Translations under genes and position numbers: made by a program | Notes under the pieces: generated by a model | Told to the model about the DNA's origin: nothing | Database searches by the model: none | The model's input: the letters and a program-made list of their open reading frames with translations, nothing else | In this document: one piece after another, positions 52,029 to 61,633 of the stretch | How positions within the stretch are numbered: position 1 is the first letter of the stretch | Layout of the letters: each line of letters opens with the position of its first letter | Source: an uncultured Candidatus Saccharibacteria bacterium | GTDB lineage: Bacteria > Patescibacteriota > Saccharimonadia > Saccharimonadales > CAIOMD01 | Direction of reading: 5' to 3' | Assembly: GCA_903859365.1 (NCBI GenBank) | Contig: CAIOMD010000006.1 | Location: 22,152-86,151, forward strand | Length of the DNA stretch: 64,000 nt

Positions 52029-54011
52029 ATGAAAAATAATTCGTGGGCAACAAAAATAAAAAATGCTAAATTTCAAACAAGAGTAATCATCGCTTCGCTG
52101 GCGATATCGCTTATTCCGCTGGTACTTCTTTTTGCATACCTTATCTCTCAGTTTAACAACACACTACTTAATAACTCTAAAAGTAGCCTCAACTCAAACA
52201 CACTGATTGCTGTAACAGAAACCAAAACCTATATGCAGGGAGTCATCAATCTCACTGCAGCAACAGCAGATAATGCGCTACTCACAACGAAAAGTCCTTT
52301 GATTAATGAAAGTCTTAAAAGTACGGTAGATAGTTCGAATATATTCAATGCAATAAACGTTTACGACAAAAACGGTCAGCCGATCGGTAATAGTGATCCG
52401 GTAGGTGATGGGGGTAAAACATACCAAAGCTACTATAGCCAAACTGATGCAAATGAGAATGTCTTCAAACAAGCATTAACAGCATCGAATGGTGCAGTCT
52501 ATATTTCAAATGCCTACCCTGGTGACACAGGACCTGCCTTTCTCGCTGAAACTCCTTTTATTGATTTAAATGGTAACGTCGCTGGGGTGCTCGTAGGAGA
52601 GGTCAAAACATCTAGTTTTGATGATCTAATAACTGGTGTAGATAGTCAGCTTTTGGGAAACAAGCATGTTCGAATCGTAGACACAAGCGGTCAGGTACTA
52701 CTTTCAAAATTATCTTCAGAAAAAGCATTTACAGCATACGCAGAAATCAAAAACTCTTCAGTATTATCATCAGCAATCGCCAACTCAAGCACGTCAGGAA
52801 TAACGCAGTACAAAGATAGCACAGGAGTTCAAGTTATTTCAGGATACGCAAATTTAGGAAAATATGGTGCTAATAACGCACTTGGCTGGACAATGATTAC
52901 AACCGAACCCACTTCGGCAGTCCTAGCGCCTGCTACCAAGCTTACAACGACCGCACTCAGCATACTTGCGGGAGTTGTCGTTGTTATTGCTGTTATTGCC
53001 TATTTCCTAAGTCGCAGCATATCTGGAATGATCCTCAACCCAATCAGAGGGGCTATTAATCGAATTACGGAAATTAGCCACACGCTCGCTGCGACTGCGC
53101 AACAAGCTTCAAGTGCTTCAATTCAAAACGCAACAGTATCCAAGCAAATTGCCAGTGGGGCATTAGAACAATCTAATCAAGCACAGCAAGCTGCCAAGTC
53201 GGTGAGTGAACTATCAGGAACTATCGAACAGGTTTCAGCAGCCGCCCAAGAAGCTGCTGCAACGGCAATTACGACATCCAAGATTTCTCAAAACGCTGGA
53301 ATCTCATCAGAAAAAATTGGTACTGCAGTGGACGCAATTACTAATGTATCAGAACAAACGAATCTATTAGCGCTGAACGCTGCAATTGAAGCCGCCCGAG
53401 CGGGTGATGCAGGTCGTGGCTTTGCAGTCGTCGCCGATGAAGTTCGTAAGCTTGCAGAAGGATCAGCTAAAAGCGCAGATAATATTAGGCAAATAGTTGA
53501 AGAAATAAATACATCAAGCGTCAATGCCGCACAAGCTGCCCAAGAAACTTCAATGAAAATTCAACAACTTTCTCAAGGGACAATAAAACAGGTTGTTACT
53601 ATGACAAATATTAACTCCAATGTTAGAGCGATATCCAATGTTGCTAATCAAAGTGCTGCCGGCGTTCAGCAATTATCGGCTTCAATCGAGCAACAGGCGG
53701 CGTCTAATCAACAAGTGGCGGCATCAGCAAATGAACTCGCAGCTCTTTCTGCAAGCCTTCAAAAACTAGCTGGCGAACGAGTTGAAGAAATACTTAGCAG
53801 TAACCGCCGTAAAGAGTCGAAGCTAAGAGAGGATTCGATTGATGATTTCCAACAACGACACCAGGAAATCTCTGAACATATACAGCCTGAGCACGAAGAA
53901 AAGAAAGAAGAAATGCTTGATTTACCTCCACTTCCTGAACTTATGAACACGTCTGAATCCAGCGAAAATTCTAAAGAAAATCAGGCTGATACCAAAGGAC
54001 CAAACGATTAA
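52029..54011 (+). CDS. Methyl-accepting chemotaxis protein with dCache-like sensor
   Basis: Two TMs, Cache-like periplasmic region, [37 protein letters not shown] signature. Confidence 0.97.
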   Translation: MKNNSWATKIKNAKFQTRVIIASLAISLIPLVLLFAYLISQFNNTLLNNSKSSLNSNTLIAVTETKTYMQGVINLTAATADNALLTTKSPLINESLKSTVDSSNIFNAINVYDKNGQPIGNSDPVGDGGKTYQSYYSQTDANENVFKQALTASNGAVYISNAYPGDTGPAFLAETPFIDLNGNVAGVLVGEVKTSSFDDLITGVDSQLLGNKHVRIVDTSGQVLLSKLSSEKAFTAYAEIKNSSVLSSAIANSSTSGITQYKDSTGVQVISGYANLGKYGANNALGWTMITTEPTSAVLAPATKLTTTALSILAGVVVVIAVIAYFLSRSISGMILNPIRGAINRITEISHTLAATAQQASSASIQNATVSKQIASGALEQSNQAQQAAKSVSELSGTIEQVSAAAQEAAATAITTSKISQNAGISSEKIGTAVDAITNVSEQTNLLALNAAIEAARAGDAGRGFAVVADEVRKLAEGSAKSADNIRQIVEEINTSSVNAAQAAQETSMKIQQLSQGTIKQVVTMTNINSNVRAISNVANQSAAGVQQLSASIEQQAASNQQVAASANELAALSASLQKLAGERVEEILSSNRRKESKLREDSIDDFQQRHQEISEHIQPEHEEKKEEMLDLPPLPELMNTSESSENSKENQADTKGPND

Positions 54012-54018
54012 TAACACT

Positions 54019-54564
54019 ATGCAAGACGAAACTAAAATTCAAGTGAAGATGACCCAAGTTGTTGTCTTTAAGGTAGGTGCGGAAACGTTTGCGGCTAATA
54101 TTCACTCAATTAGAGAAATCGTAAAGGTTGAAACCATTACTCCAGTTCCCAATAGCAGTAGTTATATTTCAGGAATTATAAATATACGAGGCAAGATTAT
54201 TCCAATTATTGATCTCGAAGCTATCCTTGGTATTGGCAATAAGGATGATCCAAGGCCCTATATTATTCTTATCGATGCCCCCGGAAATGAAGAAGAAATA
54301 GTCGGTATGCTTGTGACGGATATCCAAGAGATCACTTCTTATGCTGAAAGCGAATTTAAAACGGCACCCAAACTCATTAAATCAAAAGTAGATGCTGAGT
54401 ATATTTCAGGTGTTATTCTTCCAGAAGACGATGAAGATAAAGATGATGTACTTTTATTCCTTAATTTGGAGGCTATTATTACTAAGTCAGTGCAAAAAGA
54501 AATTGATCAGGTAACATCAACAAAAACAAATGATACTATAGCTAAAGAGGAGCCAATACAATGA
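54019..54564 (+). CDS. cheW: Chemotaxis coupling protein CheW
   Basis: IREIV...ITPVPN...GIINIRGKIIPIIDL. Confidence 0.95.
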   Translation: MQDETKIQVKMTQVVVFKVGAETFAANIHSIREIVKVETITPVPNSSSYISGIINIRGKIIPIIDLEAILGIGNKDDPRPYIILIDAPGNEEEIVGMLVTDIQEITSYAESEFKTAPKLIKSKVDAEYISGVILPEDDEDKDDVLLFLNLEAIITKSVQKEIDQVTSTKTNDTIAKEEPIQ

Positions 54565-54914
54565 AGATTTTAATCGTCGACGACAGTGCATTCATGCGTA
54601 CCATTCTTAAAAATATAATTCTAAAAAGTAAATACAGTGGTGCAGAAATTGATGAGGCGGTAGACGGAAACGATGCAATTCAAAAATTTAACGATATGCA
54701 GCCCGATGTTATGCTACTAGATATTATTATGCCTGGGAAAGATGGCATCGAAGTACTAAAAGAAATTGGTTCATCCGCAAAAGCGATTGCTATCATTTCA
54801 TCAGTTGATCAAAAAGAAATAATAGAAGAAGCTAAATCACTTGGGGCTCGCGGCTATCTAGTCAAACCTTACGATGCGACTGAAGTGATTGCAATGATTG
54901 ATACCTTATCGTAG
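54561..54914 (+). CDS. cheY: Response regulator CheY
   Basis: ILIVDDSAFMR, LLDIIMP, LVKPY. Confidence 0.9.
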   Translation: MKILIVDDSAFMRTILKNIILKSKYSGAEIDEAVDGNDAIQKFNDMQPDVMLLDIIMPGKDGIEVLKEIGSSAKAIAIISSVDQKEIIEEAKSLGARGYLVKPYDATEVIAMIDTLS

Positions 54915-54929
54915 GAGCCATCGACTTAC

Positions 54930-55550
54930 ATGGCAACCTTTAGCACCATATCAAGACAATCAAGTGACCTGCGTCCAACTAAAGCGATTGTTATTGGTTC
55001 TTCTACTGGAGGACCGAATGCGCTCACGGCAATTTTTGAAAAGCTAAAAGAAGCTTCTGTGCCAACTATTTTTATAGCCCAACATATGCTTGCAAATTTT
55101 TTACCAGATTTTGTGAAACTTCTAAAATCCAAATTCGACATGAACATTCAGCTCGGTTCAGAAAATCTAGTTGTTGAGGAGGGAGTCATCTACATCGCTC
55201 CAGGGGATGGAGATATGGAGGTCGTAGAGGATGAAACAGGGATGCTTCGACTCCATCTTTTAAAATCTAACAATTCACTAACTCCTTCGATCGATGTACT
55301 GATGAAATCTGTGGCAAAAATATTTGGCGAGAAAACGCTTGGAATTATTCTTACCGGAATGGGGGATGATGGGCTTGAGGGTATGCGAGCCCTAAAACAA
55401 TTTGGAGGTCATACTATTGCGCAAGATCAAATCACTGCCGAAATACCGAGTATGCCACATGCCATTATTGCTGGTCACTTAGCTGATCAATCACTTACTC
55501 TTAAAGAAATTCCTGATGCAATACGTCTATGGAGCATGGCAAATGAATAG
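54930..55550 (+). CDS. cheB: CheB methylesterase, catalytic domain only
   Basis: GSSTGG, QHM, PSIDVLM, LTGMGDDG, SMP; no receiver domain. Confidence 0.93.
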   Translation: MATFSTISRQSSDLRPTKAIVIGSSTGGPNALTAIFEKLKEASVPTIFIAQHMLANFLPDFVKLLKSKFDMNIQLGSENLVVEEGVIYIAPGDGDMEVVEDETGMLRLHLLKSNNSLTPSIDVLMKSVAKIFGEKTLGIILTGMGDDGLEGMRALKQFGGHTIAQDQITAEIPSMPHAIIAGHLADQSLTLKEIPDAIRLWSMANE

Positions 55551-57165
55551 CGACGAAATAGCTCAGTACAAAGACCTATTTGTTACAACAGCTAAGAAAT
55601 ATCTGGAAACGCTCAATACTCAACTGCTTGTACTTGAAAAAGAGCCTGATAACAAAGATGCAGTTACTGAAATATTTCGCGCTGCCCATTCCCTCAAGGG
55701 ACAAAGTGCAGCCATGGGCTTTAATGAAACTGGCTATTTATGTCATGTTGTGGAAGATGTCTTTTATGAAATAAAGGAAAACGGTAAAAAAGTTGACGCC
55801 GCGCTTGCTGATCTTTTATTTGCATCATTAGATGCCTTAACCGCATCTATCCAAAAAATTGAATCTGAAGGTACAGAACAAGGCAACAAAGAGCTGGTTG
55901 AGGAACTAAAAAAGATAGCGGGAGTCTCGACTGTTGGTGCTGGTAAAACTGATCATTCCGAGTCACAAAAAGTACCCGCTCCTATTGCTGAGGTAAGCCA
56001 GGAACCAAAAGCAACTGAAGCACCCAAAACAGAAGCAACAGTCACACCAGCCAAGCCTGTGTACCAAGAGACGAATCCCATCAAACTATCTATCAAAACG
56101 ATTCCAGTAAAGGTTGAACAACTCGATAATATCGTCGGATCTTTAGAAGAATTAATGGTCGATCGGCTTACTATGCAAACACTCCTAAAACATTTAGACG
56201 ATCCTGCCCTTATGCAGGCACAAGATAAATTAGACAAAGTTATTGAAGTCATCCGATTTCAAATTATGAAAATTCGTACTGTACCGCTCAGCATGGTGTT
56301 TGATCATTTTCCTCGAACGGTACGAGATATTGGCCGAATGTTACATAAAGATATTGAACTAAAGATTGAAGGGGGTGACCTTGAGCTTGATAGAACAATT
56401 GTCGAACGGCTTGATGAACCACTAACGCATCTCGTTCGAAATGCCGCAGACCATGGAATTGGAGAAAAAGGCATAATCACCATTGCTGCACGAGCAGATC
56501 GAGATTTTGCTGTTGTTGAAGTGAAAGACAACGGTAATGGAATTAATTGGGAAGCAGTCGCACGCAAGACTGGCGTTAGCATAAATGATCAAGTTGGTCT
56601 TCGTAAGGCTCTTTTTTCTGGTATTTCAACAGCAGCTGAAGTGAGCCTAATTTCTGGACGAGGCGTGGGACTTGAAGTCGTCAAAAAAACGATAGAAGAA
56701 TTTGGCGGCTCAATTGATATCGTTACAGCAAAAGGTACGGGAACGAGTTTTGTGCTAAAACTACCCCTGATGGTTTCTGTTGTCAGGACGCTCATAGTCA
56801 GAATTGGATCTCAAGATTATGCGCTGGTTGCAGCAGGCGTCGAAATATCTTTAAGGATATCCGATATTGAGATAATAAACAGTGCGGGACAAGAAGCATT
56901 TCGCTACAAGGATCAAGAAATTCCTGTCGTACGATTTAATTACGTTGAAAATCACGGAGAGGCAAGCAAGAATGCGTACCTTGTCATACTAAATATTGAT
57001 GGGGATAAAATAGCGCTGGCTGTTGATGAAATTGTTTCAGCAATTGAAACGGTAATTAAGCCACTGCCGAAATTAATTAAAGATGTCGAGTACTTTTCTG
57101 GAGTCACCATAATAGGGGATGGCCGAAGTATTTTACTAATTAATCCAAGGAGCTTCATACAATAA
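55543..57165 (+). CDS. cheA: Chemotaxis histidine kinase CheA
   Basis: FRAAHSLKG (P1), HLVRNAADHG, DNGNG, SGRGVGL, C-terminal CheW-like P5; start placed at MNSDE after GGAG. Confidence 0.97.
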   Translation: MNSDEIAQYKDLFVTTAKKYLETLNTQLLVLEKEPDNKDAVTEIFRAAHSLKGQSAAMGFNETGYLCHVVEDVFYEIKENGKKVDAALADLLFASLDALTASIQKIESEGTEQGNKELVEELKKIAGVSTVGAGKTDHSESQKVPAPIAEVSQEPKATEAPKTEATVTPAKPVYQETNPIKLSIKTIPVKVEQLDNIVGSLEELMVDRLTMQTLLKHLDDPALMQAQDKLDKVIEVIRFQIMKIRTVPLSMVFDHFPRTVRDIGRMLHKDIELKIEGGDLELDRTIVERLDEPLTHLVRNAADHGIGEKGIITIAARADRDFAVVEVKDNGNGINWEAVARKTGVSINDQVGLRKALFSGISTAAEVSLISGRGVGLEVVKKTIEEFGGSIDIVTAKGTGTSFVLKLPLMVSVVRTLIVRIGSQDYALVAAGVEISLRISDIEIINSAGQEAFRYKDQEIPVVRFNYVENHGEASKNAYLVILNIDGDKIALAVDEIVSAIETVIKPLPKLIKDVEYFSGVTIIGDGRSILLINPRSFIQ

Positions 57166-57749
57166 TGGAAACACTCGATTCATTTTCAAAAGACTTATTA
57201 AGAGAGACCGCCAATATTATGGCTCAAAAAACAGCGCACCCGATCGAAACTATTCTTCGACAAAAGACTGTCATAAGTAAACCTGAAATTATGATGCAAA
57301 AAATGGAATTCGTTGCTGATAGCCTTGGGCAAGCTGATGAAGTTCGCGACAGTGTTTTTATACGAATTTTAGGCGACGGCAAAGGGGCAGCAGTCTTGCT
57401 CATTAAACCAGAAGATTCGCAAAAGCTGCTGCTTGATGTAGATAAAGCTATGCGTATGGATGCACTGAGAGAAATAGCTAACATCGTAGCCGGTGCTTGC
57501 CTCGGCGGGATTGCACGACTACTATCTCTCAAGCTCATGCAAGCAGTTCCTGTTGCCACATCTGACATGTCACGGGCAATCGTAAATGAGATCGTGAGCG
57601 AAGTAGGCCTCACTAATGCTGATCTACTTTGTGCTCTCATCAATGTTGCTATTGGGCCAGAAAACATCCCTTTATCTATGGTATTTATTTTCGATACTGA
57701 TACGACCAATCTAATAATTTCAAAAAGCAAAGACATGACGAACCAGTAG
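57165..57749 (+). CDS. cheC: CheC-family CheY-P phosphatase
   Basis: Two D-x3-E-x2-N...P motifs (DLLRETAN; DALREIAN). Confidence 0.88.
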   Translation: METLDSFSKDLLRETANIMAQKTAHPIETILRQKTVISKPEIMMQKMEFVADSLGQADEVRDSVFIRILGDGKGAAVLLIKPEDSQKLLLDVDKAMRMDALREIANIVAGACLGGIARLLSLKLMQAVPVATSDMSRAIVNEIVSEVGLTNADLLCALINVAIGPENIPLSMVFIFDTDTTNLIISKSKDMTNQ

Positions 57750-57750
57750 T

Positions 57751-58254
57751 ATGGCGATAAATATTCAAGTACCAACAGCTGACTACGCTATTGCAAGCGC
57801 ACCTGATTCACTCTCAACTGTGGGTATTGGTTCGTGTATCGTCATTTGCTTGTATGCTCCAACCTCAAAAATGGGAGCCCTGCTGCACTGCATGCTACCA
57901 AGAGAAGAAAATGATTTGTCTAATTCGCTTAGAAATGTTGATACTGCAGTTAACCAAGTAGTGGAGCAATTTCTTGCAAAAAATATACAGCGTACAGATT
58001 TAATAGCAAAAATAGCTGGGGGTGCGCAGATGTTCAGTGGTACTGAAGATAATGGAACCAGTATAGGAAAAAGAAATATAGAAGAGACAAAACGGCTCCT
58101 TACAACACTCAAGATTCCAATCATGGGTGAAGAAATTGGTGGCACAAGAGCTCGTAGTCTTATTTTTGAACTTGAAACCGGAAAGGTGACAATTACAGTC
58201 GCGCAACTGAATTCAGAACAGTCATTTGACACTGAACTCACGAAAATACTATAA
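57751..58254 (+). CDS. cheD: Chemoreceptor glutamine deamidase CheD
   Basis: GIGSCI, LLHCMLP, AKIAGGAQMF, IGKRN, GG..AR. Confidence 0.95.
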   Translation: MAINIQVPTADYAIASAPDSLSTVGIGSCIVICLYAPTSKMGALLHCMLPREENDLSNSLRNVDTAVNQVVEQFLAKNIQRTDLIAKIAGGAQMFSGTEDNGTSIGKRNIEETKRLLTTLKIPIMGEEIGGTRARSLIFELETGKVTITVAQLNSEQSFDTELTKIL

Positions 58255-58261
58255 TATGCTT

Positions 58262-58672
58262 ATGACAAAAGTACTCGTAGTAGACGACTCAGAATTTTTT
58301 AGAGAAATTTATCAAACAGCATTAACGCAAGGTGGGTTTGAAGTTGAGACCGCTGAAAACGGTCAAGACGCTATGGATAAAATGCTAGCAAGTCCGCCAC
58401 ATCTCATTTTCCTAGATCTAGTGATGCCGGTGATGACTGGCGAAGAAGTATTGGCCGAAAAACAAAAGCATGAAGAACTCAAAAATATTCCTGTTGTTAT
58501 GTTAACGAGCATTGCGGCTGACGTTAAAGGCGCTGAAGTTATGAAAGCGGGACCAATTGTTGCCTACTTTACAAAGGACAAGACCTCAACTACCGATATC
58601 ATAAACAAAGCTAAGGAAGTTCTCGGTACTTCAGAGCAGCGTTTTGAACCAACCAAAATAGAAAGTATGTAG
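58262..58672 (+). CDS. Single-domain response regulator
   Basis: VLVVDDS, FLDLVMP, VVMLT; start placed at MTKV. Confidence 0.92.
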   Translation: MTKVLVVDDSEFFREIYQTALTQGGFEVETAENGQDAMDKMLASPPHLIFLDLVMPVMTGEEVLAEKQKHEELKNIPVVMLTSIAADVKGAEVMKAGPIVAYFTKDKTSTTDIINKAKEVLGTSEQRFEPTKIESM

Positions 58673-58677
58673 AGATA

Positions 58678-59082
58678 ATGAAGAAAAGAGTTTTAGTCAT
58701 AGATGATTCTGCTGACTTTAGGGAAATCTACGAAGATGCTATTTCAAACGCAGGGTTCAGTGTTGATACTGCCGCCAATGGAAAGGTTGGCCTTGATAAA
58801 ATGCTACTCGATAGACCAGATGTAATCCTAATTGATGTGAGGATGCCTGTTTTGTCTGGCGATGAAACGCTTGGGGAAATGCGAAAACATAAAGAACTCG
58901 ATAATATACCTGTCGTTGTTATGACGGTCATGCCAGCGGATGAAAAAGGCCAAGATGTTGCTACCGCTGGACCAATCGTTGCCTATATCACTAAAGATAC
59001 CGCCTCGCCAGATGACGTCATACATAAGATTAAAGAAGTGCTTGGGACATCCCAGCAACCGTATGACACTAAAAACGATTAA
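58678..59082 (+). CDS. Single-domain response regulator (paralogue of the upstream gene)
   Basis: VLVIDDS, LIDVRMP, VVVMT. Confidence 0.92.
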   Translation: MKKRVLVIDDSADFREIYEDAISNAGFSVDTAANGKVGLDKMLLDRPDVILIDVRMPVLSGDETLGEMRKHKELDNIPVVVMTVMPADEKGQDVATAGPIVAYITKDTASPDDVIHKIKEVLGTSQQPYDTKND

Positions 59083-59131
59083 TAAAACAAAGTAGCCAAA
59101 CTTTGTTTCAGTGTATAGACTAGTAATAGAA

Positions 59132-59863
59132 ATGAAATCCCTACCATTGTTTATAGCCTGCATTGCATTTATGTCTACTCTTTGTGGTGGTCTTTTTAGT
59201 TTAAAACATCGAGACAAATTACATCGAATCCTAGGCTACACTGCTGGTGTTATCATGGGTGTTGTCGTTTTCGACATTATGCCTGAAATTTTCAAAGATA
59301 TCCAAAACCAACATCTCACTACAACTGTACCGATGATCGTTTTTATTAGCGGTTTCCTACTTTTTCACATCATAGAGAAAACGATCCTCATACATCACTC
59401 CAATGAAAGTGAATACGAGGTCCATAAGCACCCTCAGGTGGGAGTTGCATCAGCACTTGCACTGTGTGGACACAGCTTCTTGGATGGAGTGGGTATCGGA
59501 ATCGGATTTCAAGTGAGTAATACTGTTGGAATTGCTATAGCAATAGCGGTCATTGCACATGATTTTTCAGATGGTATCAACACCGTATCACTTATGCTGG
59601 TAAATAAGAACACCCGGGATAAATCATTTAGATTCCTGCTGCTTGATGCGCTTGCGCCTGTACTTGGCGTACTTTCGACATTCTTATTCGTGCTACCTAA
59701 TCAATTTGTTGTCTATTATCTCTGTCTTTTTGCGGGCTTTTTGCTCTACATTGGTGCAAGTGAAATTTTGCCTGAAGCACACTCAGATCATTCATCATTT
59801 AAAACGGTCGGACTAACGATACTTGGTGTCGTTTTCATGTTTGTTGTTACTCGCTTTATTTAA
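59132..59863 (+). CDS. ZIP-family metal transporter
   Basis: GHSFLDG, AHDFSDG, LPEAH, His-rich loop. Confidence 0.92.
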   Translation: MKSLPLFIACIAFMSTLCGGLFSLKHRDKLHRILGYTAGVIMGVVVFDIMPEIFKDIQNQHLTTTVPMIVFISGFLLFHIIEKTILIHHSNESEYEVHKHPQVGVASALALCGHSFLDGVGIGIGFQVSNTVGIAIAIAVIAHDFSDGINTVSLMLVNKNTRDKSFRFLLLDALAPVLGVLSTFLFVLPNQFVVYYLCLFAGFLLYIGASEILPEAHSDHSSFKTVGLTILGVVFMFVVTRFI

Positions 59864-59895
59864 AAAAGCTCCCTTTTTTGCTGTATACTTTAGTA

Positions 59896-61035
59896 ATGAA
59901 TAACGCCCAAGGAGCACTCGAAGCACACAAAAAACTTCGAGGAAAAATAAAAATAGAACTCAAAGAACAGCTCACAAGTCCTGCTCAATTAGGGCTTTAC
60001 TATACACCTGGAGTAGCTGCAGTCAGTAGCTTGCTCGCAAATAATCCAGAAGAAACACATAATTACACCTGGACTAACAATAATGTTGCGGTTATTAGTG
60101 ACGGATCGGCAGTCTTAGGTCTCGGGAATATTGGCCCACAGGGTGCACTTCCCGTCATGGAAGGCAAGAGCATGCTTTTTAAGCATTTTGCAGACATCGA
60201 TGCTGTTCCTATCGTTTTAGATGTACATAGCGTTGATGAGATTGTCGCAGCCGTAAAGGCAATCGCTCCTAGTTTTGGTGGAATAAACCTTGAAGATATC
60301 GCTGCACCGCAATGTTTTGAAATTGAAAGAAGACTTATCGAAGAGCTCTCAATACCCGTCATGCACGACGATCAACACGGCACTGCAATTGTAGTACTTG
60401 CAGGTCTCATAAATGCAGCGCGGCTTAGAAATAAACCCATTGAAGAAAGCAAAATAGTGATCGTAGGTGCGGGTGCAGCAGGAATTGCGATAGCAAAACT
60501 ACTACATACCTATGCAGCACCAACAATTGTTATGGTCGATAGTAAGGGAATTATAGATAAGAGCAGAACAGACCTAAATAGTACAAAAATTGATCTTCTA
60601 ACGTTCACGAACCCTAGTAATGTCACTGGTGGCTTATCGCAGGCACTTGAAGATGCTGACATCTTCATCGGGGTTTCCCAGCCGGGCTTACTTACGAGTG
60701 AACTAATCCACATAATGGCGAAAGATCCGGTGATATTTGCCATGGCAAACCCCATTCCGGAAATAATGCCTGATGAAGCAAAGAAAGCCGGAGCTTTCAT
60801 TATTGCAACCGGTCGAAGCGATTTTCCGAATCAAGTAAACAATGCGTTGGCGTTTCCCGGTATTTTCAAAGGCGCGCTAGATAATCGAATAAGAAGCATC
60901 GATACCGAACATAAGATTGCAGCAGCACAAAAAATCGCAAACCTTGTCGACGTGCCGACTCCAGACAACATTGTTCCTAGTATCTTTGACGAACGACTTG
61001 TTCCGGCAATTTCAGCACTCTTTAAAGAACTTTAG
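59896..61035 (+). CDS. NAD(P)-dependent malic enzyme (short form)
   Basis: YTPGVA, DGSAVLGLGNIG, NLEDI, HDDQHGT, GAGAAG, ANPIPEI, NQVNN. Confidence 0.96.
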   Translation: MNNAQGALEAHKKLRGKIKIELKEQLTSPAQLGLYYTPGVAAVSSLLANNPEETHNYTWTNNNVAVISDGSAVLGLGNIGPQGALPVMEGKSMLFKHFADIDAVPIVLDVHSVDEIVAAVKAIAPSFGGINLEDIAAPQCFEIERRLIEELSIPVMHDDQHGTAIVVLAGLINAARLRNKPIEESKIVIVGAGAAGIAIAKLLHTYAAPTIVMVDSKGIIDKSRTDLNSTKIDLLTFTNPSNVTGGLSQALEDADIFIGVSQPGLLTSELIHIMAKDPVIFAMANPIPEIMPDEAKKAGAFIIATGRSDFPNQVNNALAFPGIFKGALDNRIRSIDTEHKIAAAQKIANLVDVPTPDNIVPSIFDERLVPAISALFKEL

Positions 61036-61612
61036 CGTCAGGTGGCAAGACGAATACTCCTTGCCGAATAATTTTAACTCCAGTATTACTTATCTGAATA
61101 ATGGTAGAGGGATTATTAGATTTAATGCCTCCGTCTAGGTAGTAGGCAACCTTATCCTTAAAATAGTCTTTAGCCATTTGAATGGTTGTTGCTGGCGGAG
61201 CTCCAGGATCATTGGCACTTGAAGTAAGCAGTGGACCGGTTTGTTCAAGAAGCCTACGCATAGGAACGTCTGCAACCACGCGAAATGCAATACTGCCAAG
61301 TCCTTGCGAAAGATAGTCTAACTGCGCACCGACAGGAAGTATAATACTTATTGGATTAGGCCAAAACGCTTTAGCAATATCTACGTACTTTTTATCTACT
61401 CCGAGCCGAATTAACTGTTCATAGCTCGCAGCTATTACCGTGCCAGGCTTACGCTCTCTATTTTTAAGTGTATATAATTTCTTAGTCGCTTCGGGATTAA
61501 TCGCACTTGCAGCAAGCCCGTACACCGTATCAGTGGGCAACACACCGACTGCACCACGTTTAATTTCATTCATAAGCGTCTCGTCGGTAAGCTGAGTATA
61601 GTAGTGTGTCAT
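61022..61612 (-). CDS. tsaC: Threonylcarbamoyl-AMP synthase (Sua5/YrdC)
   Basis: PTDTVYGL, KNRERKP, TSSAN, PSTII, IRQG. Confidence 0.93.
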   Translation of the reverse strand: MTHYYTQLTDETLMNEIKRGAVGVLPTDTVYGLAASAINPEATKKLYTLKNRERKPGTVIAASYEQLIRLGVDKKYVDIAKAFWPNPISIILPVGAQLDYLSQGLGSIAFRVVADVPMRRLLEQTGPLLTSSANDPGAPPATTIQMAKDYFKDKVAYYLDGGIKSNNPSTIIQISNTGVKIIRQGVFVLPPDAKVL

Positions 61613-61633
61613 AGTAAAAACATTTTATATCAA

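Noticed and set aside
57224-58241. Antisense ORFs of 183 and 152 aa over cheC and cheD, considered as a hidden cheR
   Set aside because: No SAM-binding or CheR motifs; they are shadow frames of well-supported genes.
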